A stretch of 59,761 nucleotides of DNA from Solirubrobacterales bacterium (GCA_035698885.1 DASSBJ010000124.1:1-59761), one strand, 5' to 3'; shown: positions 1 through 9,452, counted from the stretch's first letter. Numbers and translations are program-made. The notes: generated from the letters alone by a model not told the origin.

Positions 1-1
1 T

Positions 2-367
2 GGGAGCTCCAGCAGCTCCGACAGCGAAGCCACCTCGCCAAGCAGCGGCGTTGGAGAAACCGAAGGAAAGTCGGCTGGCAGCGCGTCCACCCTCGACATC
101 GCAGCCGCTTCCAGCGGCCTCGCCTACGCCAGCGATAGCGCTACGGCGTCGGCTGGCGAAGTGACGGTCGATCTGGACAATCCCCAGCCACTCGAACATG
201 ACGTCGCGATCGAAGACTCCGGCGGCAAGGTCGTGGGCCAGACCGAAGTCATCACGGAAAGCGAAACCTCCACCGTCGTCAACCTGAAACCGGGTACTTA
301 CACCTTCTTCTGCACCGTCCCAGGCCATCGGGAAGCCGGCATGGAAGGGACTCTCACGGTCAAATAG
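2..367 (+). CDS. Cupredoxin-type blue copper protein, 5' partial (open to window edge)
   Basis: Frame is open from nt 2. C-terminal FFCTVPGHREAGMEGTLTV shows the Cys-x2-Pro-Gly-His-x4-Met type 1 Cu ligand pattern. A Ser/Ala-rich linker lies upstream. Confidence 0.8.
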   Translation, partial: GSSSSSDSEATSPSSGVGETEGKSAGSASTLDIAAASSGLAYASDSATASAGEVTVDLDNPQPLEHDVAIEDSGGKVVGQTEVITESETSTVVNLKPGTYTFFCTVPGHREAGMEGTLTVK

Positions 368-514
368 GACAGCTCACATCGATTCCAGGCAACACCGTTC
401 GCCAGAATCCATGCTCGTGACGGGTGACTTCCCTAACCGGGCTGACGGCTGGGGCGCGCCATAGCCGAGCCCCAGCCCGATGAAGCGCGATACCAGGTAA
501 GCGCTATCGAGCGG

Positions 515-1177
515 GTGACTCCCACGATCGTTGAACTATGGCTTCGCCCGCTCGCAGAGCCAATCGCATTTCAGTCCGGCCAGTACGCGTTGGTGGAGGA
601 CTCAGACCGCCGCGTGCCGCCGCGGTCCTACTCGCCCGCCAATGCTCCGCGTCCGGACGGTGAAGTCTCGCTGCTGGTTACCCGCGTGTCCGAAGGAACC
701 ACCAGCAGCTGGGTTCACGACCAGCTGCGCATCGGAGACGAGGTGATCTTCACCGGCCCCTACGGAGACTTTGTTAGCCAGAAGACCTCCCTTGCACCCT
801 GCCTATATCTGGCAGCCGGGGCGGGCCTGGCGCCAGTCCGTGCTCTGGTCGAGACCTCCCTGTCGTCCTTTCCACAGCAGCCGGTGACGGTCGTGTTCTC
901 GGCTCGTTCCAGCGCCGACGTGCTGAGCCGAGATCTGTTCCTGGGCTGGCAGGCGGTCCACCAGCGGTTTCGATTCATCGTGACCCTGACCGGCGAGGGT
1001 CAGCGTAGGCGCGTGCCGGATCTACTGCCGGATATTTGCCCCGACCTCGCCGATCACGAAGTCTTCATAGCGGGTTCGCCGGGGTTCGTCCTCGCCTCTG
1101 CTGCCGCGGCTGGAGCGCTTGGTGCGGCACCTGAGCGCATCCACTCCGAGCTCTTCTTCGTCGAGGCGCGGGCGTAA
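515..1177 (+). CDS. Ferredoxin-NADP reductase-like oxidoreductase (FAD/NAD(P)-binding)
   Basis: Motifs GQYALV, RSYSPAN (RxYS FAD motif), GPYGDF and LYLAAGAGLAPVRAL (nucleotide-binding). GTG start. Confidence 0.75.
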   Translation: MTPTIVELWLRPLAEPIAFQSGQYALVEDSDRRVPPRSYSPANAPRPDGEVSLLVTRVSEGTTSSWVHDQLRIGDEVIFTGPYGDFVSQKTSLAPCLYLAAGAGLAPVRALVETSLSSFPQQPVTVVFSARSSADVLSRDLFLGWQAVHQRFRFIVTLTGEGQRRRVPDLLPDICPDLADHEVFIAGSPGFVLASAAAAGALGAAPERIHSELFFVEARA

Positions 1178-1248
1178 ACGCAGCTAATCGATCGAAATGG
1201 ATAGGGGCACCCATTGTCGCCCGTTGAGAAATGGCAGAAAATTGATGC

Positions 1249-1620
1249 ATGAGCCAAATCGCAGTCCGCTGCCATCCATTTGCCCCCGTCGCCTCCGAGG
1301 AAGTGCAGAAGTGGTTGACGGCGGAGGTCAAGCGCCTGCGTAAAGATGCTCCCGAGGCGGCGATCCGCCTCCTGCGTCTCAGCCAACCTGGCCCCGAGGG
1401 TGAGATCGCAGTCGGATGGCAGATCGAGCTAGGCATAACCCCGCCAGCGTCCCCGCTCGACGATGACAGCTTGGGCGAGCTCCTGAGGGATCTACGCTTG
1501 CTTGGCCTGCAGCCCTCGGTGCTTCAGGCCGAAAGCTCGGGAGTGCGTGCCCCGGATTCGCCGATTAGCACGGTGGAGCGGTCTCTCGGGCTCGACAGCT
1601 GCAGTTTGGTCGCGGACTGA
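1249..1620 (+). CDS. Hypothetical protein
   Basis: 123-aa ORF with ATG start and plausible composition in the first ~65 aa. No recognisable motif. Confidence 0.4.
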   Translation: MSQIAVRCHPFAPVASEEVQKWLTAEVKRLRKDAPEAAIRLLRLSQPGPEGEIAVGWQIELGITPPASPLDDDSLGELLRDLRLLGLQPSVLQAESSGVRAPDSPISTVERSLGLDSCSLVAD

Positions 1621-2015
1621 ACCGAGCGGCTTTCGGCGGTTGGGTATCAAAACCTATGTTCAGCAGGTGCACTTCGTGACAGGATCGGCGAATGATCGAG
1701 CCACGCTCGCCAGCCACCCCGACCAACGACGAGACAGAGACGCTCGAGGAACCGGCCAGCTCCGCGTCGGCGAGCTCCGATGAAACGGGCGACGAATCCT
1801 TTCCCGCCAGCGATCCCCCCGCCGTCTGGACCTGGGAAGTCAACAGCGTGCGGAGGGGTTAGGGACGAGGTGACCCCGGGTGGGTTGCCACGGCTTGTCC
1901 GCTCAGTTCTGGCTGCTCATCCTGGAGCCGGCTACCGGAACGGGTGGCGAGATGATCGCCGCGGTGCTACTTTTCCCAATGTTAGTAGGAAAAATATGAC
2001 GCGACCGGAAGTTTG

Positions 2016-4019
2016 ATGGCAGACACCGCGCTCCAACGATCGGCACCGCAGGCAGACCGCACGACGACCGATCCCCATGCCCCTGGTTTCGGTATTTCCG
2101 GAGACGAGCTTTTCCGCAAGTGGTCGCGTGGCATCGTCGGAGCCCTCGTCGGCGGCGCTATCGGCTTTGCGTTGGTCGTCGGGCTGAGAGCGATATCGGG
2201 CCTGCCGACCTTCCAGACCGAACAGACCGGCTACCCCCATGTGGTTGTTCCGGTCATCACCGGAGCTTTCGGCTTCTTGGTCGGCTTCGGCGCGATCACC
2301 TACTGGTTGCGCTGGGCGCTCGGGATGCCGACCCAGCCGGAGGACCATGCCGAACACGGGGCAGCTACCTGGCGCGACTACTTCACCTTCAACACCGATC
2401 ACAAGGTCATCGGGATCCAGTACATCGTCACCACCTTCTTCTTCTTTTTCATCGGTGGCCTGCTGGCGATGCTGATCCGAGCTGAGCTCGCCCAGCCGGG
2501 GACGCAGATCGTCGACGCCGCGAGCTACAACTCGATCTTCTCCGCGCACGCGGCGATCATGATTTTCCTCTTCGTGATCCCGGTCTTCGCCGGGATCGCC
2601 AACTACGTCCTGCCGCTGATGATCGGCGCCCCGGATATGGCCTTCCCGCGGCTGAACGCGCTCAGCTTCTGGCTGCTGGTCCTGGCGGGCATCATCTTCA
2701 TGTCGAGCTTCCTGGTCCCGGGCGGCGCCTTCGACGCTGGCTGGACCGGCTATGCGCCGCTCTCGACCGGGGCGCCGCTCGGGCAATCCTTCTTCAACAT
2801 CGGCGTCCAGTTCGCCGGCTTCTCCTCGATCCTCGCCGCGCTCAACTTCCTGGTCACGATCATCACCATGCGCGCCCCAGGGATGACCTTCTGGCGGATG
2901 CCACTGCTGGTCTGGGCCAACCTCGCGACTTCGCTGCTGGTGATCGCCGCGACGCCGTTCATCGCCGGAGTGCAGTTCATGGTCCTGTTCGACCGCATTC
3001 TGCACACCAACTTCTTCCAGTTCGCGGCCGGCGGCGACGTCGTCAGCTACCAGCACATCTTCTGGTTCTACTCCCACCCGGCGGTCTACATCATGATCAT
3101 CCCCGGCTTCGGGATCATCAGCGAGGTCATCTCCACCCACTCGCGAAAGCCGATCTTCGGTTACCGGCTGATGTCGCTCTCGCTGATCGCGATCATCGTC
3201 CTCAGCTACTCGGTCTGGGCCCACCACATGTTCGTCGCCGGCATGTTCAGCTGGCTGCGGGTGCCGATGATGATGACTTCGGTCCTGATCGCGGTCCCGA
3301 CCGGGATCAAGATCTTCTCCTGGCTGGGCACGCTCTACTTCGGCAAGATCAACCTGCGCTCGACCTCGATGCTCTTCGCGCTGGGATTCATCGGCAGCTT
3401 CATCCTCGGAGGCATCAGCGGCGTGATGATCGCGATGGTCCCGATTGACATCCACGTCACCGACACCTACTTCATCGTCGCCCACATCCACTTCGTCCTC
3501 TTCGCCGGCTCGGTGTTCACGATCTTCGCCGGCGTCTATTACTGGTTTCCGAAGATCACCGGGCGGATGTATGACGAGAAGCTGGGTCGGTTTCACTTCT
3601 GGCTGACGCTGATCGGCACCTGGGGAACCTTCATCCCGATGCACTGGATCGGGATGGACGGGATGCCGCGGCGGGTCGTCGACTACGCGACCCAGTTCGG
3701 CGAGTGGAACCTGTTGATCTCGGTCTTCGGCTTCATGCTCGGGGCCGCCCAGCTGGTCTTCCTCTACAACATGATCGTCAGCTGGCGCTTCGGCCCCCGC
3801 GCCCCGGCCAACCCTTGGCGGGCGAAGACGATCGAGTGGCAGGTCTCCTCGCCGCCGCCGCGCTTCAACTTCGAGCGGATTCCGCGTGTCGTCGGCGGGC
3901 CCTACGAATTTGGGATTCCCGGCGCCCGGCACGCCCTGATGAACGAGTCAGAAGTTGCTCCCGCCCAGGCTTCGACCACCGCCGTCGCGGTGCCTGCAGG
4001 CGAGTCGTCAAAGCAATGA
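2016..4019 (+). CDS. ctaD: Cytochrome c oxidase subunit I (heme-copper oxidase, A-type) with ~110-aa N-terminal extension
   Basis: Signature segments GIQYIVTTFFFFFIGGLLAMLIRAEL, WFYSHPAVYIMIIPGFGIISEVI and WAHHMFVAGM. ATG at 2016 follows the TTG at 2013. The extension has two extra hydrophobic helices. Confidence 0.93.
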   Translation: MADTALQRSAPQADRTTTDPHAPGFGISGDELFRKWSRGIVGALVGGAIGFALVVGLRAISGLPTFQTEQTGYPHVVVPVITGAFGFLVGFGAITYWLRWALGMPTQPEDHAEHGAATWRDYFTFNTDHKVIGIQYIVTTFFFFFIGGLLAMLIRAELAQPGTQIVDAASYNSIFSAHAAIMIFLFVIPVFAGIANYVLPLMIGAPDMAFPRLNALSFWLLVLAGIIFMSSFLVPGGAFDAGWTGYAPLSTGAPLGQSFFNIGVQFAGFSSILAALNFLVTIITMRAPGMTFWRMPLLVWANLATSLLVIAATPFIAGVQFMVLFDRILHTNFFQFAAGGDVVSYQHIFWFYSHPAVYIMIIPGFGIISEVISTHSRKPIFGYRLMSLSLIAIIVLSYSVWAHHMFVAGMFSWLRVPMMMTSVLIAVPTGIKIFSWLGTLYFGKINLRSTSMLFALGFIGSFILGGISGVMIAMVPIDIHVTDTYFIVAHIHFVLFAGSVFTIFAGVYYWFPKITGRMYDEKLGRFHFWLTLIGTWGTFIPMHWIGMDGMPRRVVDYATQFGEWNLLISVFGFMLGAAQLVFLYNMIVSWRFGPRAPANPWRAKTIEWQVSSPPPRFNFERIPRVVGGPYEFGIPGARHALMNESEVAPAQASTTAVAVPAGESSKQ

Positions 4020-4023
4020 TTAG

Positions 4024-4046
4024 TTTGCACACATCGTCTGTGCAAA
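4024..4046. promoter_or_regulatory. Palindromic operator candidate TTTGCACA-N7-TGTGCAAA
   Basis: Perfect 8-bp arms (4024-4031 and 4039-4046) with a 7-nt spacer, 9 nt upstream of the regulator ATG at 4056. Same architecture as the sites at 9428 and 9947. Confidence 0.55.
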
Positions 4047-4055
4047 ACTTGGATC

Positions 4056-4706
4056 ATGGATCTACCGGCCTCGACAGATGACCCGCTGACGCAGCCCACC
4101 CGGGCGCGTATCTTCACCCTGCTGGCGGAGCTGAAGGAAGCGGTGGGGACCGACGATTTGGCGGCTCGTCTCGGCCTGCACCCCAACGGCGTGCGGGTCC
4201 ACCTCGAGCGGCTGCAGGAGGCCGGCCTGGTCGAGCGCCGACAGGAGCGGGCGGGGAGAGGGCGTCCCGGCGACCGCTGGACCGTCGCCCCGGGCGCGCA
4301 GCCCTCTGGCCAACCACCCTCTGCCTACGCCAGCCTGGCGGTCTGGCTGGCCCGTGCCATCCCTGTCGGCCCGACCCGGCTGCGTGAAGTCGAGCGGACC
4401 GGCCGGGAGATCGGCCGGGAGCTTGCGCCGAAGGAGAACGGCGACCCTGCGGAGGGACTGCGTCAGACCCTCGCCGCGCTCGGCTTTCAACCTTCGATGA
4501 AGGTGAAAGCCGACGGCGGCCTGACCTGCCGTCTCGATAACTGCCCCTATCGCGACTCGGTGCGCGAGAACGCCGATGTCGTCTGCACTCTGCACCGCGG
4601 GATCACGGCCGGTGTCCTCGAGAAGCTCGATCCGAAGGCCAAGCTGACCGGCTTCGAGCCTCACGATCCCGATCGGGCCGGCTGCCTGATCGAGGTCTCC
4701 AGGTGA
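4056..4706 (+). CDS. ArsR/SmtB-like winged-helix transcriptional regulator with Cys-containing C-terminal domain
   Basis: N-terminal PTRARIFTLLAE...LGLHPNGVRVHLERLQEAGLV...GRGRPGDRW is HTH-wing like. The C-terminal part has CRLDNCPY, VVCTLHRG and GCLIEV. Confidence 0.8.
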   Translation: MDLPASTDDPLTQPTRARIFTLLAELKEAVGTDDLAARLGLHPNGVRVHLERLQEAGLVERRQERAGRGRPGDRWTVAPGAQPSGQPPSAYASLAVWLARAIPVGPTRLREVERTGREIGRELAPKENGDPAEGLRQTLAALGFQPSMKVKADGGLTCRLDNCPYRDSVRENADVVCTLHRGITAGVLEKLDPKAKLTGFEPHDPDRAGCLIEVSR

Positions 4707-5974
4707 GCAGCTCCACCGCTCGCCACTGCCGCCAAGAACCCCGTCCGCGTCGCGAAGGCGACTTGCGCCCGACCGATGTCGTCGGCGCCTTCTTCATCTG
4801 TGGGCTCGCCTTTCTGCTCTCCGCGGCAGCGGTCGGTATCGCCCAATGGATCGCCCCGTGGCCGTGGGGCCACTGGCTTGCGCTGCATCTGGCGTTTGTC
4901 GGTGGCGTCTCGCAGCTGGTCCTCGGCGCCACCCAGTTTTTCGCCGGTGCCTTCCTCGCCACCGATCCTCCTCCGCGAGCTCTCATCCGCGCCCAGATCC
5001 TCTACTGGAATGCCGGTGCGATCCTGCTTGCGATTGCCGTTCCCGAGCATGCCGAGACGCTGATCTGGCTCGCGGCCGGCCTCTTGGTGGGGGGCCTGGT
5101 GGCCTGGGCGGCGGCGATTGCCGCGATGCGGCGATCCTCGCTGCGACGCTCCCCGTGGGCAACCCGGTGGTACGTCAGCGGGGCCTGCTTCCTCGGGCTG
5201 GGGATGGTGGCGGGGTCACTGCTGGCTCGCGGCGTGCCCTGGAGTCAGGGCGATCTCCTCGGGGCCCATATGTCGTTGAACCTGGCGGGCTGGTTCGGTG
5301 CGGCGATCGTCGGCACCCTGCACACCTTCTTCCCGTCGCTGACCCAAACCCAGCTTCGCTTTCCCCGCCTGCAGGGGGTCGCGTTCCTCGCCTGGACCGG
5401 AGGCGTGGCGGCGCTCGCCATCGGCTACGGCTGGGCACTCGAACCGCTCGCCCTCGCCGGCTGGCTCGGACTCTGCGCGGGTGCGATCGCGCTTCTCGTC
5501 AACATCGCCGCCTGCCTGCGCGAGGCGACTCGGCCGCTTTCGCTCCCGGCGCGAATCGTCGCGGCGGCCCAGCCCTTCCTTCTCGCCGGGCTCCTGGTCG
5601 CCACGGTTGCGGCGATCGCGGACGGCCCCTCGAATGCTCTGAGCGGCTCGACCCGGACCACCGTCGGCACGCTTTTGGTCAGCGGCTGGATCGGCCTCAC
5701 CGTGCTCGGCTCGCTGACCCACCTGCTTGCCGTGGTCGTCAGGGTCCGCGGCGGCTTCGCGGCACGGATGCCGGCGGCACGACCACGGCTCGACGGCTTC
5801 ATCGCCGCCCTGGCAATGGCTGGAATCGCAGCGATGGCGCTCTCCCAGTCGTTTGGCGTCGACGGACTGCGAGGTCCCGCGGTCGCGGCACTGCTCCTGG
5901 CCTACGCCATGCTCGCCGGCCGCGTCGCAATCCTTGCCGCGCGGGTCCTCCTCCGAGCTCGCCCGAGCCTCTGA
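4703..5974 (+). CDS. Polytopic integral membrane protein (about 10-12 helices), function unknown
   Basis: GTGA overlap with the regulator stop. Long runs of hydrophobic helices. The alternative frames are Arg/Pro-rich junk. Confidence 0.7.
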   Translation: MSSSTARHCRQEPRPRREGDLRPTDVVGAFFICGLAFLLSAAAVGIAQWIAPWPWGHWLALHLAFVGGVSQLVLGATQFFAGAFLATDPPPRALIRAQILYWNAGAILLAIAVPEHAETLIWLAAGLLVGGLVAWAAAIAAMRRSSLRRSPWATRWYVSGACFLGLGMVAGSLLARGVPWSQGDLLGAHMSLNLAGWFGAAIVGTLHTFFPSLTQTQLRFPRLQGVAFLAWTGGVAALAIGYGWALEPLALAGWLGLCAGAIALLVNIAACLREATRPLSLPARIVAAAQPFLLAGLLVATVAAIADGPSNALSGSTRTTVGTLLVSGWIGLTVLGSLTHLLAVVVRVRGGFAARMPAARPRLDGFIAALAMAGIAAMALSQSFGVDGLRGPAVAALLLAYAMLAGRVAILAARVLLRARPSL

Positions 5975-6405
5975 TGAAACGGGCAGAGGCGCTGCAGCCG
6001 CTCTCGCGCGATCATCTGAAGTCGCTGCTGGCCGCGAAGCGGCTGCGCGAGGCGACCGACGCCGACGCCGCCGGCCAGGACTTCCTTGCCTTCTGGGAGT
6101 CCGAGGGGCGACACCACTTCCGTGTCGAGGAGGAGGTGCTGCTGCCGGGTTGGGCCTTGCATTGCCCCGTGGACCGCGTCGCGGTGGCGCGGATGCTGGA
6201 GGAGCACCTGGCGATCCGGCGCGCGGCCCTGCGTGCGGCGGAGGCGGAAGCCTCACTCGCAGAGCTGCGAGACCTGGGCCGGCTCCTGGACGACCACGTG
6301 CGCTTCGAGGAGCGTGAGCTCTTCCCGATGGTCGAACGGGCCCTTGAGCCAGACGACCTCGCACGCCTCGCGATCGCGATCGAGCGGGCGGAGGAAAACC
6401 CGTGA
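5974..6405 (+). CDS. Hemerythrin HHE cation-binding domain protein
   Basis: ATGA overlap with the upstream stop. Motifs HHFRVEEEVLLP, LEEHLAIRR and HVRFEERELFP are typical His/Glu di-iron ligand helices. Confidence 0.8.
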   Translation: MKRAEALQPLSRDHLKSLLAAKRLREATDADAAGQDFLAFWESEGRHHFRVEEEVLLPGWALHCPVDRVAVARMLEEHLAIRRAALRAAEAEASLAELRDLGRLLDDHVRFEERELFPMVERALEPDDLARLAIAIERAEENP

Positions 6406-6785
6406 GCAAGGGCGCGATGGAGATCCGCCTGAAGCGTGCCTACGAGCCCGCCGAGCCTTCTGACGGCTATCGAATCCTGGTCGACCGACTCTGGCCACGC
6501 GGCCTGTCCAAAGAGCGAGCAGAGCTCGATGAGTGGGACCGGGAACTGGCACCGAGCACCGAGCTGAGGCAGTGGTTCAGCCACGAGCCAAGCCGCTTTC
6601 CGGAGTTCCGACGACGCTTTTGCGAGGAGCTCGGGGAGCACCGCTCGGCGCTGGCGGGGCTGCGCCGGCGGGCCCGCGAAGGCACCCTCACCCTCGTCTA
6701 CGCGGCCAAGGACACCGATCACAACGACGCCGTCGTCCTCGCAGAGGTACTGAGGCGCGGATTGCCACGCGGGGGACCGCGCTGA
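6402..6785 (+). CDS. DUF488 family protein
   Basis: GTGA overlap. Motifs RAYEP...GYRILVDRLWPRGLSKE and LTLVYAAKD..HNDAVVL match my recollection of DUF488. Confidence 0.8.
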   Translation: MSKGAMEIRLKRAYEPAEPSDGYRILVDRLWPRGLSKERAELDEWDRELAPSTELRQWFSHEPSRFPEFRRRFCEELGEHRSALAGLRRRAREGTLTLVYAAKDTDHNDAVVLAEVLRRGLPRGGPR

Positions 6786-7735
6786 CTGGCGGCGAGCGGA
6801 GCCCGGAGCTTTCGCGGGAGCGCCGTTTCTCGATCGAGCCATCGCCGCCGTTTCGGCTCGACCTGACGGCATGGGCGTTGCGGCGGCGACCTCACAACGA
6901 GGTCGACCGCTGGGATGGACACGTCTTCCGCCGCGCGCTGTCATTCGGCGAGGGTGCCATGGCTCTCGCGGTGACCCAGGCCGGCTCGCCGGACACTCCG
7001 AGGCTGGAGGTGGTGCTCAGGGGCGACACGATCGATCGCGGCGCCGAAGACCAGGCACGGCAGACGCTGGAGAGGCTCCTCGGACTCGGGACCGACCTAT
7101 CTGGATTCGCGAGGATGGCCGCATCGGAACCCTCCCTCGAGGGCCTGGTCGCGCGGATGCGCGGACTGAAGCCGCCGCGGTTCGCGACCGTCTTCGAGGG
7201 ACTGGTCAACGGCATTGCCTGCCAGCAGCTCTCGCTCGACGTCGGAGTGCATCTACTCAATCGGCTCAGCGCGGCTCATGGTCGATCGGACGGCGCTGGA
7301 GAGGATCGGCTTCACACGTTTCCCGGCCCGGCGGAGCTCGCGACAGTGGATCCGGCTGATCTCAAGCGCCTCGGGTTCAGCATGGCGAAGGCGCGGACGA
7401 TCGTCACCAGCGCGGGGGGGATCGTCGATGGCGATCTGGATCTCCAGGCCTTGGAGGATGCCGGAGACGCCGAGGTGCTCGAGCGGCTGACGGGCCTGCA
7501 CGGCGTCGGCCGCTGGACCGCGCAATACGTGATGCTGCGTGGACTCGGCCGCCTACACGTCTTCCCTGGCGACGACGTCGGGGCTCGTAACAAATTGAAG
7601 GCCTTTCTCGGGCTTGACGGGCAGCTCGACTACGAGCGGGTCGAGCAGGTCGTTTCGCGCTGGGCGCCGTACGGCGGTCTCGTCTACTTCCACCTGCTGC
7701 TCGACTCGCTTTCGCGGGCCGGCTTGGTGGCCTAG
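6782..7735 (+). CDS. DNA-3-methyladenine glycosylase II-like (HhH-GPD superfamily); start codon unresolved
   Basis: AlkA_N-like FSIEPSPPFRLDLTAWALRR, then FEGLVNGIACQQLSL and LTGLHGVGRWTAQYVMLRGLGRLHVFPGDDVG (HhH-GPD). The only in-frame candidate after the DUF488 stop is CTG at 6782, in a CTGA overlap. Confidence 0.72.
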   Translation: MTGGERSPELSRERRFSIEPSPPFRLDLTAWALRRRPHNEVDRWDGHVFRRALSFGEGAMALAVTQAGSPDTPRLEVVLRGDTIDRGAEDQARQTLERLLGLGTDLSGFARMAASEPSLEGLVARMRGLKPPRFATVFEGLVNGIACQQLSLDVGVHLLNRLSAAHGRSDGAGEDRLHTFPGPAELATVDPADLKRLGFSMAKARTIVTSAGGIVDGDLDLQALEDAGDAEVLERLTGLHGVGRWTAQYVMLRGLGRLHVFPGDDVGARNKLKAFLGLDGQLDYERVEQVVSRWAPYGGLVYFHLLLDSLSRAGLVA

Positions 7736-8115
7736 CTGGACTCCGAGCGCTTCGCGGCTCGGCGGCGGGCGTAGAGCTTGTCCTGAATCGTCATCGAGCC
7801 CGGATGATTCTCGCCGGGCCAGGGTGCCAACAGCAGGAACAAGCGTGCCTTGGAAATGGCGAGGACCTCATGTCGTTCGCCCGGAGCGAATTCGCTCAGA
7901 AGCCCGACGCCGCCACTTACGCTCTCCCCCGAAGCGGTGCTGACCTCGACCTCGCCGTCGATGACCAGGAGCCATGCGCGCTCGTGCACGACATGTTCGG
8001 CAAGTCCCTCACCGGCATCCAGATCGAGGACGATGCCCCGGGCGGCGTCATGGGTCGAGAGGATCTCGGGCAAGCGGGGCTTGAGATCCAGCGACCTGAG
8101 CTTCCAGCTATTCAT
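7732..8115 (-). CDS. Cupin domain protein
   Basis: Motifs GLAEHVVHERAWLLVIDGEVEV...GERHEVLA resemble cupin motifs 1 and 2. Convergent 4-nt overlap with the glycosylase stop. Confidence 0.7.
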   Translation of the reverse strand: MNSWKLRSLDLKPRLPEILSTHDAARGIVLDLDAGEGLAEHVVHERAWLLVIDGEVEVSTASGESVSGGVGLLSEFAPGERHEVLAISKARLFLLLAPWPGENHPGSMTIQDKLYARRRAAKRSESS

Positions 8116-8138
8116 TCGCGCTCCCTCTTGAGTTGACT

Positions 8139-9383
8139 CTAAGCGGCCGCGGTGGCAGCGAGGTCGAGGCTGGCTCTCACCGCGCCGCGCATGAGGTCGA
8201 GGCCGGCCAGGTCGATCTCGGTCGAGCTATCGAGCACCGCCTTGGAAGGCTCCAGACTCTCACCGGCAAGGGAAGCGAGCAAGGGGGCCAGGTATCTCCC
8301 CGCGACCTTCCCCCGCGGGAACCAGAGTGCGTGGTCGGTCACCGCTGAGGTTTCGCCCTGGCCACCCTCCAGCTCGTTCCGCAGATATCTGGGTCGTTTG
8401 CCGGTCAGCAGGAGCCCGCGCAGGGTTGGGTGAAAAGGCTCTGGCTCGACCTCCTCATTGAGCTGCGCGGCGATCGTGGCGGCAACCGCGTCAGACTGTT
8501 GGGCGGCGAGCCCACCCTGCTTGACCGGGAAGTCGGTCGCGTCCCCAGCGGCAAATACATCGGGTAGGCCGCGCACGCGACCGTGCTCGTCGACCGGAAT
8601 GAATCCCCGCTGATCGCGCGGTATGCCGTCGATCTGGCGCCCTTCGTAGCTGGGCATGCTTACTACGCGATCCGCAGGGATCGAATCGCCGGGGGTCACG
8701 GACAGCTTGCCCCCCTCGAATCGAGTCGGGTAACTGCCGGTCTTGATCTCTATCCCTCGATCGGCGAGGAGCGCAGCGACCTGATTGCTGGCGTTCGGTC
8801 CGAATAGCTGCAGCGGTACATCCTCCGGGGTGACGATGACCAGCTCGGCGTTCCCGACTCCCAGTTCGGCGAGATGCGCCGAGGTCATCAGGGCAAGCTC
8901 GTAGATCGGAAGCGGCCAGCCGAAGCCGGCCGGCATCGTGAACAGCACTCTGCGTACCGCGCCTTCCTCCAGCTCCTTGAGGAGGCGGTCGAATCCCTCA
9001 TGACCGGCCGGTCCCCAGAAGGTGATCGCGCCGGGAACCGACCAGTGCATCTTGGCTCCGCAGGCGATCAAGAGCTTGTCGTAGCCGATGCGGCGGCGTC
9101 GACGCATCGTAGCTCGATGGAGCTCTGGCTCCACGGATTCGAGTCCTTCGGCCCGGAAGAGCGCCCCGTGGCGTTGTGCGATCTCGGCAAGGTCGAATCG
9201 CAGCGCCTGACCGATCCCAAACGGCTCGGCCACCGCCAACGGCCGGTAGACGAACTGGCGGCGCGGAGCATGGATCTCGATCGTGACCCGATCACCGAGC
9301 AGTGCGCGTAGGGCCAGCAGCGCCTCGAGTGCCGCCACGCCCCCTCCCGCGATCAGTACGTGCGTCTTGGCGTCCTCGGTCAT
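8139..9383 (-). CDS. FAD-dependent pyridine nucleotide-disulfide oxidoreductase (SQR/NDH-2-like)
   Basis: HVLIAGGGVAALEALLAL Rossmann motif and FAAGDATDF near the C-terminus. ATG at 9383 is preferred over the upstream extension. Confidence 0.8.
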   Translation of the reverse strand: MTEDAKTHVLIAGGGVAALEALLALRALLGDRVTIEIHAPRRQFVYRPLAVAEPFGIGQALRFDLAEIAQRHGALFRAEGLESVEPELHRATMRRRRRIGYDKLLIACGAKMHWSVPGAITFWGPAGHEGFDRLLKELEEGAVRRVLFTMPAGFGWPLPIYELALMTSAHLAELGVGNAELVIVTPEDVPLQLFGPNASNQVAALLADRGIEIKTGSYPTRFEGGKLSVTPGDSIPADRVVSMPSYEGRQIDGIPRDQRGFIPVDEHGRVRGLPDVFAAGDATDFPVKQGGLAAQQSDAVAATIAAQLNEEVEPEPFHPTLRGLLLTGKRPRYLRNELEGGQGETSAVTDHALWFPRGKVAGRYLAPLLASLAGESLEPSKAVLDSSTEIDLAGLDLMRGAVRASLDLAATAAA

Positions 9384-9427
9384 CGCTTGGCCTCGAGTCG
9401 ATTGTGGGTTTTCGGGGTGGCCATCTA

Positions 9428-9452
9428 TTTTACACATTGATATTGTGTAAAA
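9428..9452. promoter_or_regulatory. Palindromic operator candidate TTTTACACA-N7-TGTGTAAAA in a divergent promoter region
   Basis: Perfect 9-bp arms (9428-9436 and 9444-9452) in an AT-rich island between the oxidoreductase start (9383) and the OsmC start (9492). Confidence 0.6.

Noticed and set aside
1932-3932. 666-aa minus-strand ORF opposite ctaD
   Set aside because: It is Arg/Asp/Glu/Pro/Gly-rich with no hydrophobic core or motifs. It is a typical antisense shadow of a strongly supported gene in very G+C-rich DNA.
4846-6409. 519-aa plus-frame and 397-aa minus-frame ORFs overlapping the membrane protein gene
   Set aside because: Only the last 143 codons of the plus ORF (the hemerythrin, from ATG 5974) look like protein. 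The rest is Arg/Pro/Gly junk overlapping a convincing multi-helix membrane ORF.
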